This document shows positions 51,389 through 64,000 of a stretch of DNA of 64,000 bases, in pieces (the stretch's first letter is position 1; each line of letters begins with the position of its first letter). This DNA comes from Phoronis australis (taxonomy: Eukaryota > Animalia > Phoronida). The notes beneath the pieces were generated by a model. The model ran no database searches. It was not told where the DNA came from and saw nothing but the letters and a program-made list of their open reading frames with translations. The translations under genes were made by a program, and so were the position numbers. Location of the stretch: assembly GCA_002633005.1 (NCBI GenBank), contig NMRA01000331.1, positions 67,674 through 131,673 of the forward strand, read 5' to 3'.

Positions 51389-54300
51389 TTTTTTTTTTTG
51401 TAGAGGACACAATTCCCGTTGCGTATTTCAATGGGTAGTCAGTTGGCACTAAATAAGCTGCCTAATCCAGCTTTATGTTAGTTAACAGGAACAGAACTAT
51501 TCTTCAGGGCAACTTTGTTCCAAGTAAACGGAAGTAAATCCCCCATTACGTGTGAAGTCACTAGATTGTTTCACGAGTCAGAATGCCCCGGTATGACGTC
51601 ATCACTCATCAAATCTGCTACTGGTTATGACTCACGATAGTTGTCTTTCGCCTTCTAGGTTGCAACACGATAAGGAGAACCAAGCTTGTGTGGCACCACA
51701 TTTACTTGTTAAAAGATTCGCGACTCCGTCATATCTCGCGGCCTAACGCGATCTACGTGAGGAGGATTTATAACTTCCGGTATCTTTGTTTTATGTAGCA
51801 ACAAAGGTAAACTGTCGTTTTTATTTCGCGCATTTCAAGCATATTTTAGTTTGAAATTTACTTGCTGTGGTACATGCAAAATAAATCTCGTATACCCGCC
51901 ACAAAGGTCGGATTTTTGATACGAAACGCGCCGAAACTAACTTGAGATGTTGCTGTTGATCGGCCCGAATACTGCGACAGTTCAACACATGAATCGAGAC
52001 TTATGGTTCAAAGGAAAGCTTGAATTAATTAGATAAATCTTGTTATCTGGTTGAATTCGCAGGCGTTTACGGTGAAATTTAGTTTGAATTTTGTGATTTT
52101 GTAGGAATTTTGGGTCGACCTAAATGTAGTAGTTTCTCATCTGTAACTACGTCTAAAATACAAACCAATAAGGCCAAAATTCAGCAAGAGGTGCTGGAAA
52201 ATGAAAAATATTCCAGCGAAATATTTTATTTTTTTCTGTCTATTGATATCTATTACAACAAATTTGGGCATAAATGAATATTTTTAAAAATCGAAGTACT
52301 GCGAGCACTTCACACATTTTTCACTCACCGGTAAATTCTTGTGACTTGCAGTTTAGGTATAAACTTTCACCTGCTAAATGGCCGTAAATGAACCGATTTT
52401 AATGATATTTATATCAAACAGTTTGCTAAAAAATCTCTTTTAACCCTGAGTGTAAACTTTTCTTTTTTATAGACGTATGAGAAAATGTTGGGTTTTTTTT
52501 TAACTGACTTCCTTGTCAAAGTTTTTCCTCTTGGAAAGCAGTGCACACCATTGATGGAATTACCCTTGTTAAAAATTTGATTGCTTTAAATGTGGAAGTT
52601 TTTGTAAGTGCAACATTCTGATGCTCAAGCTATGGGCGTTCCTGTATGAATTCTCAGGTAAGATAAATGAAGAAAAAATTCTACGATATAAAGATTGGTT
52701 GAGAAACTCTATTTTGGAAAACAAATAGTATGCAAAGGGAGTTTTTGTATTCTTTTCTCAGAAATGTATGCAACATTTTATGTAATATTGTTTTTTTTTC
52801 CAGTTTTTCATTGTAAAAATCAATTCCACTGTATATTTAAAAGTGATATATATTTATTGAAGAACACACAGAACATGCAAAGAAATAATGACAAACCCAG
52901 AAATCGCGAAGCCTTATATCTGGGTTGTAAGCAATTCATAAATGATACTAACATACATAGAGGTATATACAATTAAGTAGTATCTAATATAAGTATTCCA
53001 ATACAAACTGGTATATCTGTGGTGCCAATTTTCGCTCAACGATTGTAAAGTAAGGCAGGGGAGTCCCAGACCCCTGATACTTACTAATTGGAACTAGGAA
53101 AATAAAAAAATGAAAAATGTCTATTTTGTGTGTGTTGTGCTGTCTTTCACTGTCGTCACGGAATTTGGTGATGTTTCAAAAACAAAGTCTGTTGGTAACA
53201 AATGTAAATTTCACTCTGACAAACTATCATGCTTTAATAGAAATGAATGCTCTGCGGTCAAAAGAAACAAAGCAGTGCATTGTAATGGTTTCTAACACAA
53301 GAGCAACTGTGTGTTATTCAGCTACAAAAAGCCAAGACAGATATCCAGACGGTAATTTTTTTCCTGAATCACCACCACCTTGCCAGTCAAGAAGTACTGA
53401 CAATGTTGCAAGATGCAGGTGGTTTTCAATCTGTTTTCAGTACCATAACACAAATCTCGTGAAGGAATGAGATGATAGCTTTCACTAAGTAACTAGGCAT
53501 TATATTTCAATCAGAGTACATGTAAAATATCTGATAACCACTAAAAATATAGCTGACAGAACACCTATTAATACCTAAGGAAATTTTAAGTATTTCAGTC
53601 TTTCCATCTCATGTTCTCTGATTTCAAATTTTGTGGTATTTTGTTTCATTTGGTGGTTTTATTTCATGTTAATATGTAATTGGTTTTCTTCTGCAGGCAA
53701 AATTATAACACTTAAAACTGCATTCCCTTCACTTGTATAAAGTCCAAAAAATAATTTTAAAAATTGTACTATACAAGTTCCCTCTCTGTTGGCGTCCAGC
53801 ATTTCAGTCACAAAACACTAACGAAAATAACAGTTAGGTCCTTCCAAATTTTAATCATGTCTCTTGGTCAGTTGCTTTAACAATGTTCTGTTGAGTGTCG
53901 AAATTTGTTCCGAGGATACGAACGGAATGGAATAAGGATTGTTAGCAGCAAAGAGTGTCGTGTATTGGACCAATTTTGCATAACCATAACTATGTTTAGA
54001 AGTTGCACTACAATGTACTTTTAGCCTATTGTAATTGTGACAGCAAGTTTTGACACTCAGGTTTTGCGAATGATGTCAATGTTAGCCATTGGTGCTTCCC
54101 CCAGGGACAAATATTTATTGCTACAAATTCATTTTTGTTGGTTAATACTTGTGCTTATTTTTATGAGTTGATTTGCATGGTGTTGTATTTAAGCAAACAC
54201 TGATACTACTTGCATAATATATCAGCTGATTTGACTGAAAGTGTAAACACGGGAAGATCACCTGACGACGTTTCTGGCGGTAACTCACAGCATGGCTGAA

Positions 54301-54528
54301 TTATTGTGAATGTTTTTAAATGACATGACGGAGAAAAATACACGCATTTTATTCATAGAAGACTTAAAAACTTTAAAAATTGGGCTATTAGACTACTTAC
54401 TTAACCAAATCTTGAAACGAGTGAACGGCCGGTCCGTAAAACCGGAAGTTTTCTATCCTGCCTGTGCAGCGCCCTCTCATCGTCAGTGCTTATGTCCTTT
54501 GGTCCGCAATGTGCTCAACGCGCTCTGA

Positions 54529-54560
54529 CGGGAGTTGACCGTCCCTATCTATAGTCTATG
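54529..54560. mobile_element. P-element-like terminus
   Basis: ...CCGTCCCTATCTATAGTCTATG; reverse complement begins CATAGACTATAGATAGGG, typical of metazoan P-type TIRs; partner end not confidently found. Confidence 0.3.
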
Positions 54561-56579
54561 GTGGCACTAAGCATTGGCGGATTTCCTATAGCCTGAGCTC
54601 AAGCTCGGGCCCCTTGTTCCAAGCACTAATTTAAAAAACACGTTTTTGATTTTGCCTTTACTCGTTTGTGTTCACTTGTCACCAGTGCATTGTTCGTCAC
54701 TATGTGCTTATAACTTATAGCCATCTTTTAAAAATGTCTAAGCTCAATTGTCGACACCGCGCTATTCTAGCATACACTGGTTGACCTTAGATCATAGGCC
54801 ACACGTTAAGTAAATACGTGACCGGAACAAAAATGCTGTTTTTATATTTTTGTAAAACCATTTATCCGTGACTTGTTTTTAATTAACAAATGTCACAGGA
54901 AGCACAATGGCGGACTTGAGCGCTGCAACTGGCAATATAACGTGGTATAAATCATATTGCCCCATTTGACGTAACTTTAGGACGCCGTACACTGTGACTC
55001 AAACAGACCCCATAGTCCGAACAGTCAGTGAGCCGTGGCAGTGAGTTCGGACGCGATTTTTTGTATGTGTAAGCAACGTATTATAAGCCGGTCGATGAAC
55101 TATGTTTGGCGGTCGGTGAGTCGTACTTGACAGTCAGTGAGCCGTGTTTGCCGGTCGGTGAGCCGTGTTTGCCGGTTTACAAGTGAAGGAACTATTTTAA
55201 AAAGTGTCGTTTGGGTAGCCTGAAGTTGGACTACATAAACTTGACCAAATTGGTTAATTAAAATGGAAAGGTTTGTTTCGACTAATAAAGCCGCCCTGGA
55301 ACAAAAAATGTTGTTTCAGTTGTATTGGATTACCCAGATAGTAATAGCAAGAAAACACGATTTAAACACTCTAACTAACGCAGACACGTCAAATACGTGA
55401 AAGGGACATTGTTAGCGAGAAATGTGATTTTCTGAGGTCCGCCCCAGCACGATATCGACCCTGGAACCCCCTGATGCAGCCTAGTGGTCTGTTGTCGGAG
55501 CTAAATTCCACCCAATCGATTAGTGTAGGTTTATTTCAAAGATGCACTTCGCTCCGTTTAGCTGGCTAAAAACGGAAACAATATCCGGGAAAATACTGTA
55601 CTCACTACTTGGCAGTTGTATGCGATCACTGCTGGACTTGTTTAATTTGGTCTCTCAGCTACATATGTTTGAAGCTCGGATTTGACGACACTGGCAAGTG
55701 AACTTTTTGGTATGGAACCCAAATGCAGCAGTCTGGTCGATACGGTTATCCCCCTTTGTGACACCTTACACCAAATGTTTATTCCACCGCTACGGGTTTA
55801 TCATACAAGGTAAACTAGCTAATTGTACCGGCAAACACGTGTTAACGTTACATTGATGAAGAGGAATCACGCAAGACAACTCTCCACTTACGCTAGACAA
55901 AACATGTAATGTCTGGGCAATCTTTGTTTTTGTTGAATAAAGGCTCAGTTTTATTTATTAGGGAGGACTTGACTACAATAAAAAGCATTGCAAGCACAAC
56001 ATATATTAGCGAGACGCCTGAAATGTTCCCTCAGTCTAAGACCACCGTTCGGGCATTCGTATCTTAGCTAGCCAAAAATAAAAAATGGGATTGTCGGGTC
56101 AGATTTGATGGTAATTCTGTGGAGCAAATAGAGACCACAATCCAGGCCCTTGTAGGTCCCCCGAAAATGAATAAAATGGGATGTGTGAGGTCGGGTTGGA
56201 ACTTAAAAGTGTGCTGCAAACCCAACGCAAGATATGAATAAACGTTAATTTTGGGGAAAACGTCAACTGTTCGACGAGAATAGTTGGCGGTCACTCTGAC
56301 TAGTGAAGTCATTTATATAAAAAATACTTTTGCTGCATGAATATTTAGAAAAACGATTTTCAAAATTGTAAGCTGCAAAGCTGGAGTATGAGGCAAAGGT
56401 TATAGTGAATCCGTTTAGGACAAAGATTTCACTTAGGGCATAAGACGCGTTTGAAATGTAATCTCGTGACCAAGACATCCGCTTGGAAATGCAAGTTATG
56501 CGCAGGCCTTTTCATCAACCACCACCAGACGTGCGTTACGACGAATACAAGGCCTCTCTGCAAACGAACAGCCAGAAAC

Positions 56580-56643
56580 GCTCGGGGTAGCATCGCGGTA
56601 GCATCGTGCTCGCGGTAGCATCGTGCTCGGGGTAGCATCGTGC
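56580..56643. repeat. Short 18-bp tandem repeat
   Basis: GCTCG(G/C)GGTAGCATCGT repeated ~3.5 times. Confidence 0.8.
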
Positions 56644-57445
56644 ATTTATTTGTTATCGCAGCGCAAGTCATTAATACCAAATTAAGTCAGATTTCCATGA
56701 TAACATATAAAGAGACTGAAATAAACCCTACTAAACACTACACAAATGCATTAGAGGGATTAGTGTACGTTATTACACCGACCAGAGTTCAACATTATTT
56801 ACAGTGTACTCTAAACTCTGTACGAACTCTATACTAACTTGGTACTATCAGAGTGAAACTAAAGGCTCGGTCATATACAGTAAATAACGGGAGCATCGGA
56901 GGCACATGATGTGGGAAAGATGAAATAATAGGCGTAGCAAACACTGTTTAAAAGTAAAGATTGGCATTTCCATCGACAGCAAAAGTTATTCAAATGCAAG
57001 TTTAATAGTCGGGGGAGGTGGCAGTGAAACATTGTAACCACCGCCAGGAGGAATGGGGAAGGGAGCGGGGAATGATATGGATGTTGGCCTAATGTGACGT
57101 GTCCAAATGTCATAAGCAGTACTTTGGTACTACACGAACCTCATTATTTTCACGGTCAAACTTTCTGGTGAACCTGGTAGTCACTAAACGAATCGTTTGA
57201 CAAACCCCGACCCTATCTCGACATCACCAGTCCTAGTCAAGGGAGCTGAGATAAAACCAACGTTTTGGCTTTATTAGGTCAGTGTTGTAAAATGATATTC
57301 ACTCCATCTGTTAAATGAGTTGTGTAAATAAAGCCTGATTAACACCGGGAAGTTTCAATAGCACAACTTAACAAACATTCACAGCACTATTGATTAATGT
57401 TCGAGCAGTTTGTGAGAGCAAAATTAAAGTTTGAAATACACTTAC

Positions 57446-58160
57446 TTGCGAATTTGTTCCCGATCTCTTCTTTCAAGACTTCAGAGATATCTTGTACGTT
57501 GGGTTTATAAATCGAAAAGTCGTAATACTCGCCGGGACCAGCGCTCACTTTTGTTATGTTAATAATGGCGCTCACGGCGAGATAGCAGAATTTTGGCGAA
57601 ATATTTTCATGGGAAAACGAGTCGTAGATGATTTTAACATATTTCCACTGAAAGAACGAAGTTATGGAGCCAACAGCACGGGCGAGTGTATTGAATGTTG
57701 CTCCGACCCTTGTCAGAAGGGAATACTCGGAACCGGTATGTTTAGGGCTGCCGAAATCGTGAGCAAGTCCTGCAGCAGTAACAACGGATATATTCCAGGA
57801 GGACGAGGAAGCATATCGTGCTACGGGGGCAAGGGAGTAATCACAGCAGGGACCGAAGAATACGTCGACCCGAGGCTTAAGGCCTCTGACGAAATTGAAG
57901 GCTTCGATGGGGCCGTTCGTTGGTGAGCATTTCGAATCGGCATATTGAACTGAAATTGTGTGGTTGTGTATCAATTTGTTCTCGTTCACGTATAGTATTC
58001 CAAATTCTATCGCAGGGGCAACGCGGGATTTAGCAAATAATCTTTGGCTATCATCAGGTAGAATTGCTGCTATGCGGACTTCGTCTGCTGCGATGTGATG
58101 ACGACACACAATACATAACTGAGTTGCCAAAACCACGGCGAATACACGTTCCCGATTCAT
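57446..58160 (-). CDS. First coding exon (B) of natriuretic peptide receptor / receptor guanylyl cyclase: signal peptide + N-terminal ANF-receptor ligand-binding domain
   Basis: MNRERVFAVVLATQLCIVC signal peptide; VRIAAILP, RVAPAIEFG, ADSKCS, VDVFFGPCCDYSLAPVARYA, WNISVVTAAG, YSLLTRVG, FCYLAV; ends ...NKFA A|gtaagt, 715 nt = 238 codons + 1 (phase 1). Confidence 0.92.
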
Positions 58161-59895
58161 GTTGATATCTTGATGGCCTCAGCGCGACTACCATCAATTG
58201 CTATACATCCCAAGATAATCTTTCCGAGTTCGTCTGTCCCGACCATAAACTCGTTGTAGGCCTATTGAGCGACGATACCAACTCCTGTAAGTTTCATCAA
58301 ACGCAATCGTGAGTAAACTCCGCAAGTGTTGCCAGTTGGTCGAAGGCAAATGGCGAGTGAATTCGTATCTTGTGTTGACACAATATTAGTTGCTGGTATG
58401 TAAGATTCTCCGTCCAAACAAAGCCTTATTACACGGCTAACCTGCTTGTGAACACATTGTTCAACTCTGAGATAAAGCCGAGCTATTTGATTTAGCACGC
58501 AGAGCAAAAGTCAATAATTGCCGAGTACCTCTCTGAGACTGACGCAGCCACGAGCTACAGAATACGCATTTACTCCAACCGGAATCTCAACACAAACTGC
58601 ACCACGCTTCCGAATACTGTCTGTTCGGTGAACTCACAGATGACAGTGTTAGGGTTTATTCAAACTGATAACAGGTTCGCTTCAGATCAACACTTCATCG
58701 CTTACTTACAACCTGCGTCGAATATAAACCTGATCTTTCTCAACTAGCAATTTTATATCTCATAAAAGCCTCGAGCAAACCACATTCCCGAATCGTGTTT
58801 ATCTATTTTCACCGGCATGAATAGAAAGTGTAGCATACTAAAGATACCTCTTGAACAACACATAACCATGTAAAGGCTTAAATTGCACCCTCGAATCTCG
58901 TTCAGTGGGGGCGACCTCACAGTGTTTATTGGGTCAATTGGAACAAAACTGTCTAAAATAAGTGCCGCAAGAAAGCCACATATTATGAGTTTTTCTTTTA
59001 TTCAACTTCCAATATTTAATTGTAACCACTAACGTCGTCGTTCAATTAATATTTGGGAAACATCTAAACTTTATTGTCCATTTCAACAAAAGATGAGTTA
59101 AACGACAGCGGTTGTTTAATTGGACAACAGAGTTTAATGATATTATCCCTTGTCATCAACGAGTATTCCAAGGTTACTGTTCATCACAGTCTCCTGTCCG
59201 GCTCCCACCTCTACCGAGCCTCACGAGATCACTCCCCGAAACCATAACACTGGTTTGTATTGTTATAGAATCCACAAAATGTAAGCACTATTTGTCTACG
59301 GTTACGTAAACGTAAGTCCCGGTATTTCCAATGTAGTTATCTGCAGCCTGTCCCAGAAAAGCCGATAATGACACAACTACACCTGTGGACAACTAGTTTA
59401 ATAGAGCGTCATCTGACGACAAATTTAAAAACTACTTTAAGTGATCAAGCTTGTTAGGTCAGTGAAATCGGCAGGCATGTCTAAATGTACCATATCCACA
59501 GTGACAATCTCACATTAGCAACCAGAATGAATTTAGCTCTGAACTTAGCTGCTGAAGGTCAATTATTGGTGTGCCAATAGAAATCAAGTACCATTAAAGC
59601 TGTTGTTCGCATTGTTTAACTGGTTACAAATCAAAGTTCAAATTAAGTCACATTTTGTACTCGGTCTCATAATATTCCTTACGGTGATAATTTTTTATTT
59701 CCAACAAGAACATCGAAACAATAAGCGACTCAACAAAACGCTACCAAGTTTATTGAGGTTGGCAAAAGCTAGAATTCTCGCGAAGTTCAAAATGGTGCAT
59801 TGCCTTTGACTCAATGATTTGCCGACTCATTCGGCAACAACTCAAGATTGGATGAGCGTGGCAATGCCCCTTTAAAACTCGATGTCATTTTTTAT

Positions 59896-60157
59896 TTTGA
59901 AACAAGGCGATAAGTTGAAACAATGCGATAAGTTGAAACAATGCGATAAGTTGAAACAAGGCGATAAGGTTGAACAAGGCGTTAAGTTGAAACAAGGCGA
60001 TAAGTTGAAACAAGGCCAAAAGTTGAAACAAGGCGATAAGTTGAAACAAGCCGATAAGTTGAAACAAGGCGATAAGTTGAAACAAGGCGATAAGTTGAAA
60101 CAAGGTGACAAGTTGAAACAAGGCGATAAGTTGAAACAAGGCGATAAGTTGAAACAA
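59896..60157. repeat. 18-bp minisatellite x~14
   Basis: Unit TTGAAACAAGGCGATAAG; produces spurious periodic ORFs (LKQGDK)n. Confidence 0.95.
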
Positions 60158-61110
60158 CACAATTGGGGGAAAAGTTATAAGTAACGTGGTTTGCGTTAAA
60201 GACTAATCAAAAATGAAACGAAAAAAAAACTTTAACTCATGGAAGTAAATGTTCAAATTAACATAAAAAGTTATGATTTGCAATAACAGGTTCATTCATT
60301 ATAAATAAATCAATTTTATCGGGTGTGCCACTGTTATAACAACCAACGGCGAATTAAGAAAACAGACGACACCGCTAAGAGCAAGTGCTTTTGAAGTCTT
60401 CAGCCGATGAGATTATGGCAAATATCATGAATTATGTTATCGTTCTAAACCTAGCATAGTCATCAGTTTCAAGAGAATGTATAAATTGCTTGACAGCTGA
60501 TGGAGAATATGTAAAGGACTATCTGTAATTCACCATTTTGGCAAACAACACTTCAACCCGGAAAAATAGGAATGTGTGCATTAAAATCTGCAATTACCAA
60601 TATCAATATCAATAGCTTGCCAACGTATTATTACCGATCATTACAAATCCACCTACAAAATGTGTGTTTATTCAGACCTCTGTACAGACAATATTTGAAG
60701 CCAATCCTAATACCCAACGTTACTAAGGACGATAGAACGCGCGATTTAACTGAATCCTGGACAACAGATTTTGCTTATGCGGCAACATAACAGTGAAGCA
60801 TGAATAAAAGTTAAATAGAATCAGACGAATTTTATCTCAGGCAACACCTCAACAGTTATTTGCACCTTTTCATTTTATGAAAAATACAAACTATTCTTTG
60901 TTTTCGCAAAAATCTGCAAAGCAAATGACCATCCACCTCCCTATTGAGTCACGTAACATTCAGGTAGCGCCTTACTCTAAACTTCACCTTACTATATACC
61001 CGCCACAACTGTAAATGATAATTAATGAGTTGGGCATGATATTCAAAAATACAATAATCTCGTAACAATCGCCCCCAACAACTGCGTAGATTAGCAGTTA
61101 CAATGTCGCA

Positions 61111-61315
61111 GTATAAAATGGTCACTTACTTAGAGACGTGGTAAGTTGGTTGCAAGCGTTTCGACCAGGTCCGCCAAGTCTTTATCAATGAATGAGGAGT
61201 TTCCCGCCTTTCGCTGGTTAAGGAAACTGCTCATTCATTGATAAAGACCTGGCGGACCAGGTCAAAACGTCTGCAACCAACTTACCACGTCTCTAAGTAA
61301 GTGATTATCTTATAC
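61111..61315. mobile_element. Inverted pair of Penelope-like pLTR fragments with hammerhead-like motifs
   Basis: ~90-bp arms (TCACTTACTTAGAGACGTGGTAAGTTGGTTGCA / TGCAACCAACTTACCACGTCTCTAAGTAAGTGA); each arm has TTGATAAA-GACC(T)GGCGGACC(A)GGTC-(G/A)AAAC. Confidence 0.7.
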
Positions 61316-63376
61316 AATGCCTCTAGAGACCAATGACTAACCTATTCTCCAGAACAGTTATGATGTGTAGCTCATTGGGCTTTAAAGCGTAACTCACTTA
61401 ATAAGTTGTGCTTTTACCAGATAACTTTTTATTTCATCTCAAGAAATTGTACAAGAATTGATATAATTCGCAAATCGAAAACATTATATGCAGATAGATT
61501 AACAATTATAATAACAGTGACTGTATAAAGGATGATTACTGACATATTTCAATATTGCAAGAAACAATTTCTGTAAGACAATTTCTGTAATTTCTGTGGA
61601 CCGGTAGGGTTCATGTAAGCAATAATTTTGTACTATCGCAGCTAAACATTTGACAATACCTTGACAGTTTCATCGACAGTCACTCGGCTTGATCACGATA
61701 AATTCGACTGAAAAAACGTATTTTGGAAAGCGAGTATTTGATCGATATTATTCATTTTTTATTTTGAGATTCAGCGTGGAAGCAGATCAGTTAAAGCCGC
61801 ATCAGATAAACCCTTGTTTTATATCAAAAACGAGTTTTGATTTAGGCCAATGTCATTATAAAGTTGATTTCAGCTTAATTTCGAAGTAATCTCTGGGTAG
61901 AACGCTGGCAATTCGTTATTTCTTCAGACTAAGCTCATAAAATTTCAAGCCACGAGCCAGTGTCTCATGCTATATCGAATGGGCATGTCTTTCAAAGGCC
62001 TGAAATCACATCAAATTTGACCAAGAAACAGTTCGAGACAAATTTTATGACCGTAAGTGGCCTAAATCAAAACTTATTTTTGACAGAAAGCACGGATTCA
62101 ATGCCACTGAAAACAATGGATTTACGCGTAAATCAAACAGAAGTAAGCATAAGCAGCCTGCACGGCATTGCAAAAAAAAATTCTAGACAGGTTACTCATG
62201 GGGAATCTTGTTTGTTTTAACATTGCGTTTGTCAGAAAATATGCTTCAAACTCTTGAACAAGGCATGTCCTGCCTATTTTTTTCTATGATACTGTATCAG
62301 GGGTGAAAATTCCAGCCAGTATTTCTTCACAAAAGAGATTCATTTTATTTCAGTAAATATTTGTGGGACCCGAAAGCAAGCGCAGCCTGTCTTCAACTGT
62401 GTTCCAGAAATGCCTTCCATGATCTGATTCTTGTAAACTCATAAAATTAATGCTCATGCCAGATAAAAGAACATAACTGGTTCTGGTCTGCGTTCATTTC
62501 ATCTTGAAACATGCGCTTTGTTGAGTGCATGACCACATCGCTTTTCGCGAAGTTTTTTAACACAGTAGCTTTACAATTTAGCGACAATCAGCTCGTAAAA
62601 TGATCCCAATTGATATTAAGGGGTTTCAAAAGGCACGTGACACGATTTTAATCTCGGTCAGTCACCTCTTAACAATTTAAAATACCATGTCACCGCATCG
62701 ATTCTCAAATGAAAGCGCAAACGATCACGGCACCGACGTCCACGTAAAACAAACGATAAACCGAAGAAACTGCATTGACGAAGACGAGAGTACATTCTCA
62801 AGCATGCGTTTTGGTCATAAAAATGATGTCTCTTTAAGTTTAAACAAATAATGAACAATCGAGAGTTACACATAGGCAAACTCCCTTACATGCAAGTCAG
62901 AATGACCCCCAAACCTCAAAAATATTACCAACTTCAAGACTCGTTGCTGTAATTTTTAGTACAAACTGAATTCATTTAGCCTCGCCTGAAAGTCAGCGTC
63001 ATTGAAGCAGAACCGCTGAGGGAGAGTACCTCTAATTTAGATGATCTTGGCATTTAATCACGATATAGGTGTTAAGTAGGAAACGCTGTAAGCACGTGTA
63101 GGTACAAGATGCATCATCTGTAGTTGAGCGATTAAATGTCTTGACAAAAATACAATACACTGATGAAAAACAGGTTGAAAAACATGGTGGTCCATCAATC
63201 GTCATCCCTTTACGTAAAAGAGTTGTCTGAATGTCTGCATCTCTTCGTACATGAAACCCATTTACACCCTTACATTGCTCGTTAGACATAAAAACAACCC
63301 TCCCCCCCAGGAGAAACAACTTTGCGTCATTTAGGCCTACCAGGTTACCTGTGACCAGGATCCCAAACACATTCAT

Positions 63377-63940
63377 ATTGAGTGAGTGAACATTGGTGAG
63401 TGAACATGGCTGAGTACACATTGGTGAGTACACAGTGGGTGAGTACACATTGGTGAGTACCCATTGGTGAGTACCCATTGGTGAGTACACATTGAGTGAG
63501 TACACATTGAGTAAGTACACATTGAGTAAGTACACATTGGTGAGTACACATTGAGTGAGTACACATTGAGTAAGTACACATTGGTGAGTAAACATTGAGT
63601 GAGTACACATTGAGTAAGTACACATTGGGTGAGTACACATTGTGTGAGAACACAATGGGTGAGTACACATTGGTGAGTACACATTGAGTGAGTACACTTT
63701 GGTGAGTACATATTGCTGAGTACACAATGGGTGAGTACACATTGGTGAGTAAACATTGAGTGAGTACACATTGAGTAAGTACACATTGGGTGAGTACACA
63801 TTGTGTGAGAACACAATGGGTGAGTACACATTGGTGAGTACACATTGAGTGAGTACACTTTGGTGAGTACATATTGCTGAGTACACAATGGGTGAGTACA
63901 CATTGGTGAGTACACATTGGTGAGTACACATTGGTGAGTA
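63377..63940. repeat. 14/15-bp satellite (GAGTACACATTGGT / GAGTACACATTGAGT)
   Basis: Dozens of units; includes a 161-bp higher-order duplication (63586 and 63747); abuts a CAGTGGCGGATC hAT-MITE-like start at 63942. Confidence 0.95.
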
Positions 63941-64000
63941 CCAGTGGCGGATCTACGTTTTCAGCAAGGGGGGGTTAGGATTCCCGCCAAGGTCGAATCC

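Noticed and set aside
59872-60184. (LKQGDK)n / (CFNLSP)n repeat proteins
   Set aside because: Artefact of an 18-bp minisatellite open in several frames.
63032-63931. Long ORFs (299, 194, 180 aa)
   Set aside because: Open in three frames only because the satellite lacks stops on that strand.

Overview
AT-rich eukaryotic (invertebrate, probably lophotrochozoan-like) genomic DNA, mostly intronic/intergenic and dense in decayed transposons: Kolobok-like and ISL2EU-like THAP elements, MITEs, Helentron-like repeats, LINE, Penelope and Gypsy remnants, tRNA-derived SINE heads and satellites. The only clear host coding sequences are two homologous, highly diverged minus-strand first exons of a natriuretic-peptide-receptor / receptor guanylyl cyclase gene (58160-57446 and 17972-17189). 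Each encodes a signal peptide plus the N-terminal part of the ANF-receptor ligand-binding domain and ends in a phase-1 GT donor at the same homologous position. I found no downstream exons (rest of ectodomain, TM, kinase-homology, cyclase) in the 39 kb between them or in the 17 kb beyond. The leading hypothesis is a variable-first-exon / constant-region receptor locus (clustered protocadherin/UGT1A-like logic), with transposon-borne arrays of CTCF-consensus motifs nearby. This is inference from manual reading; short exons could have been missed.
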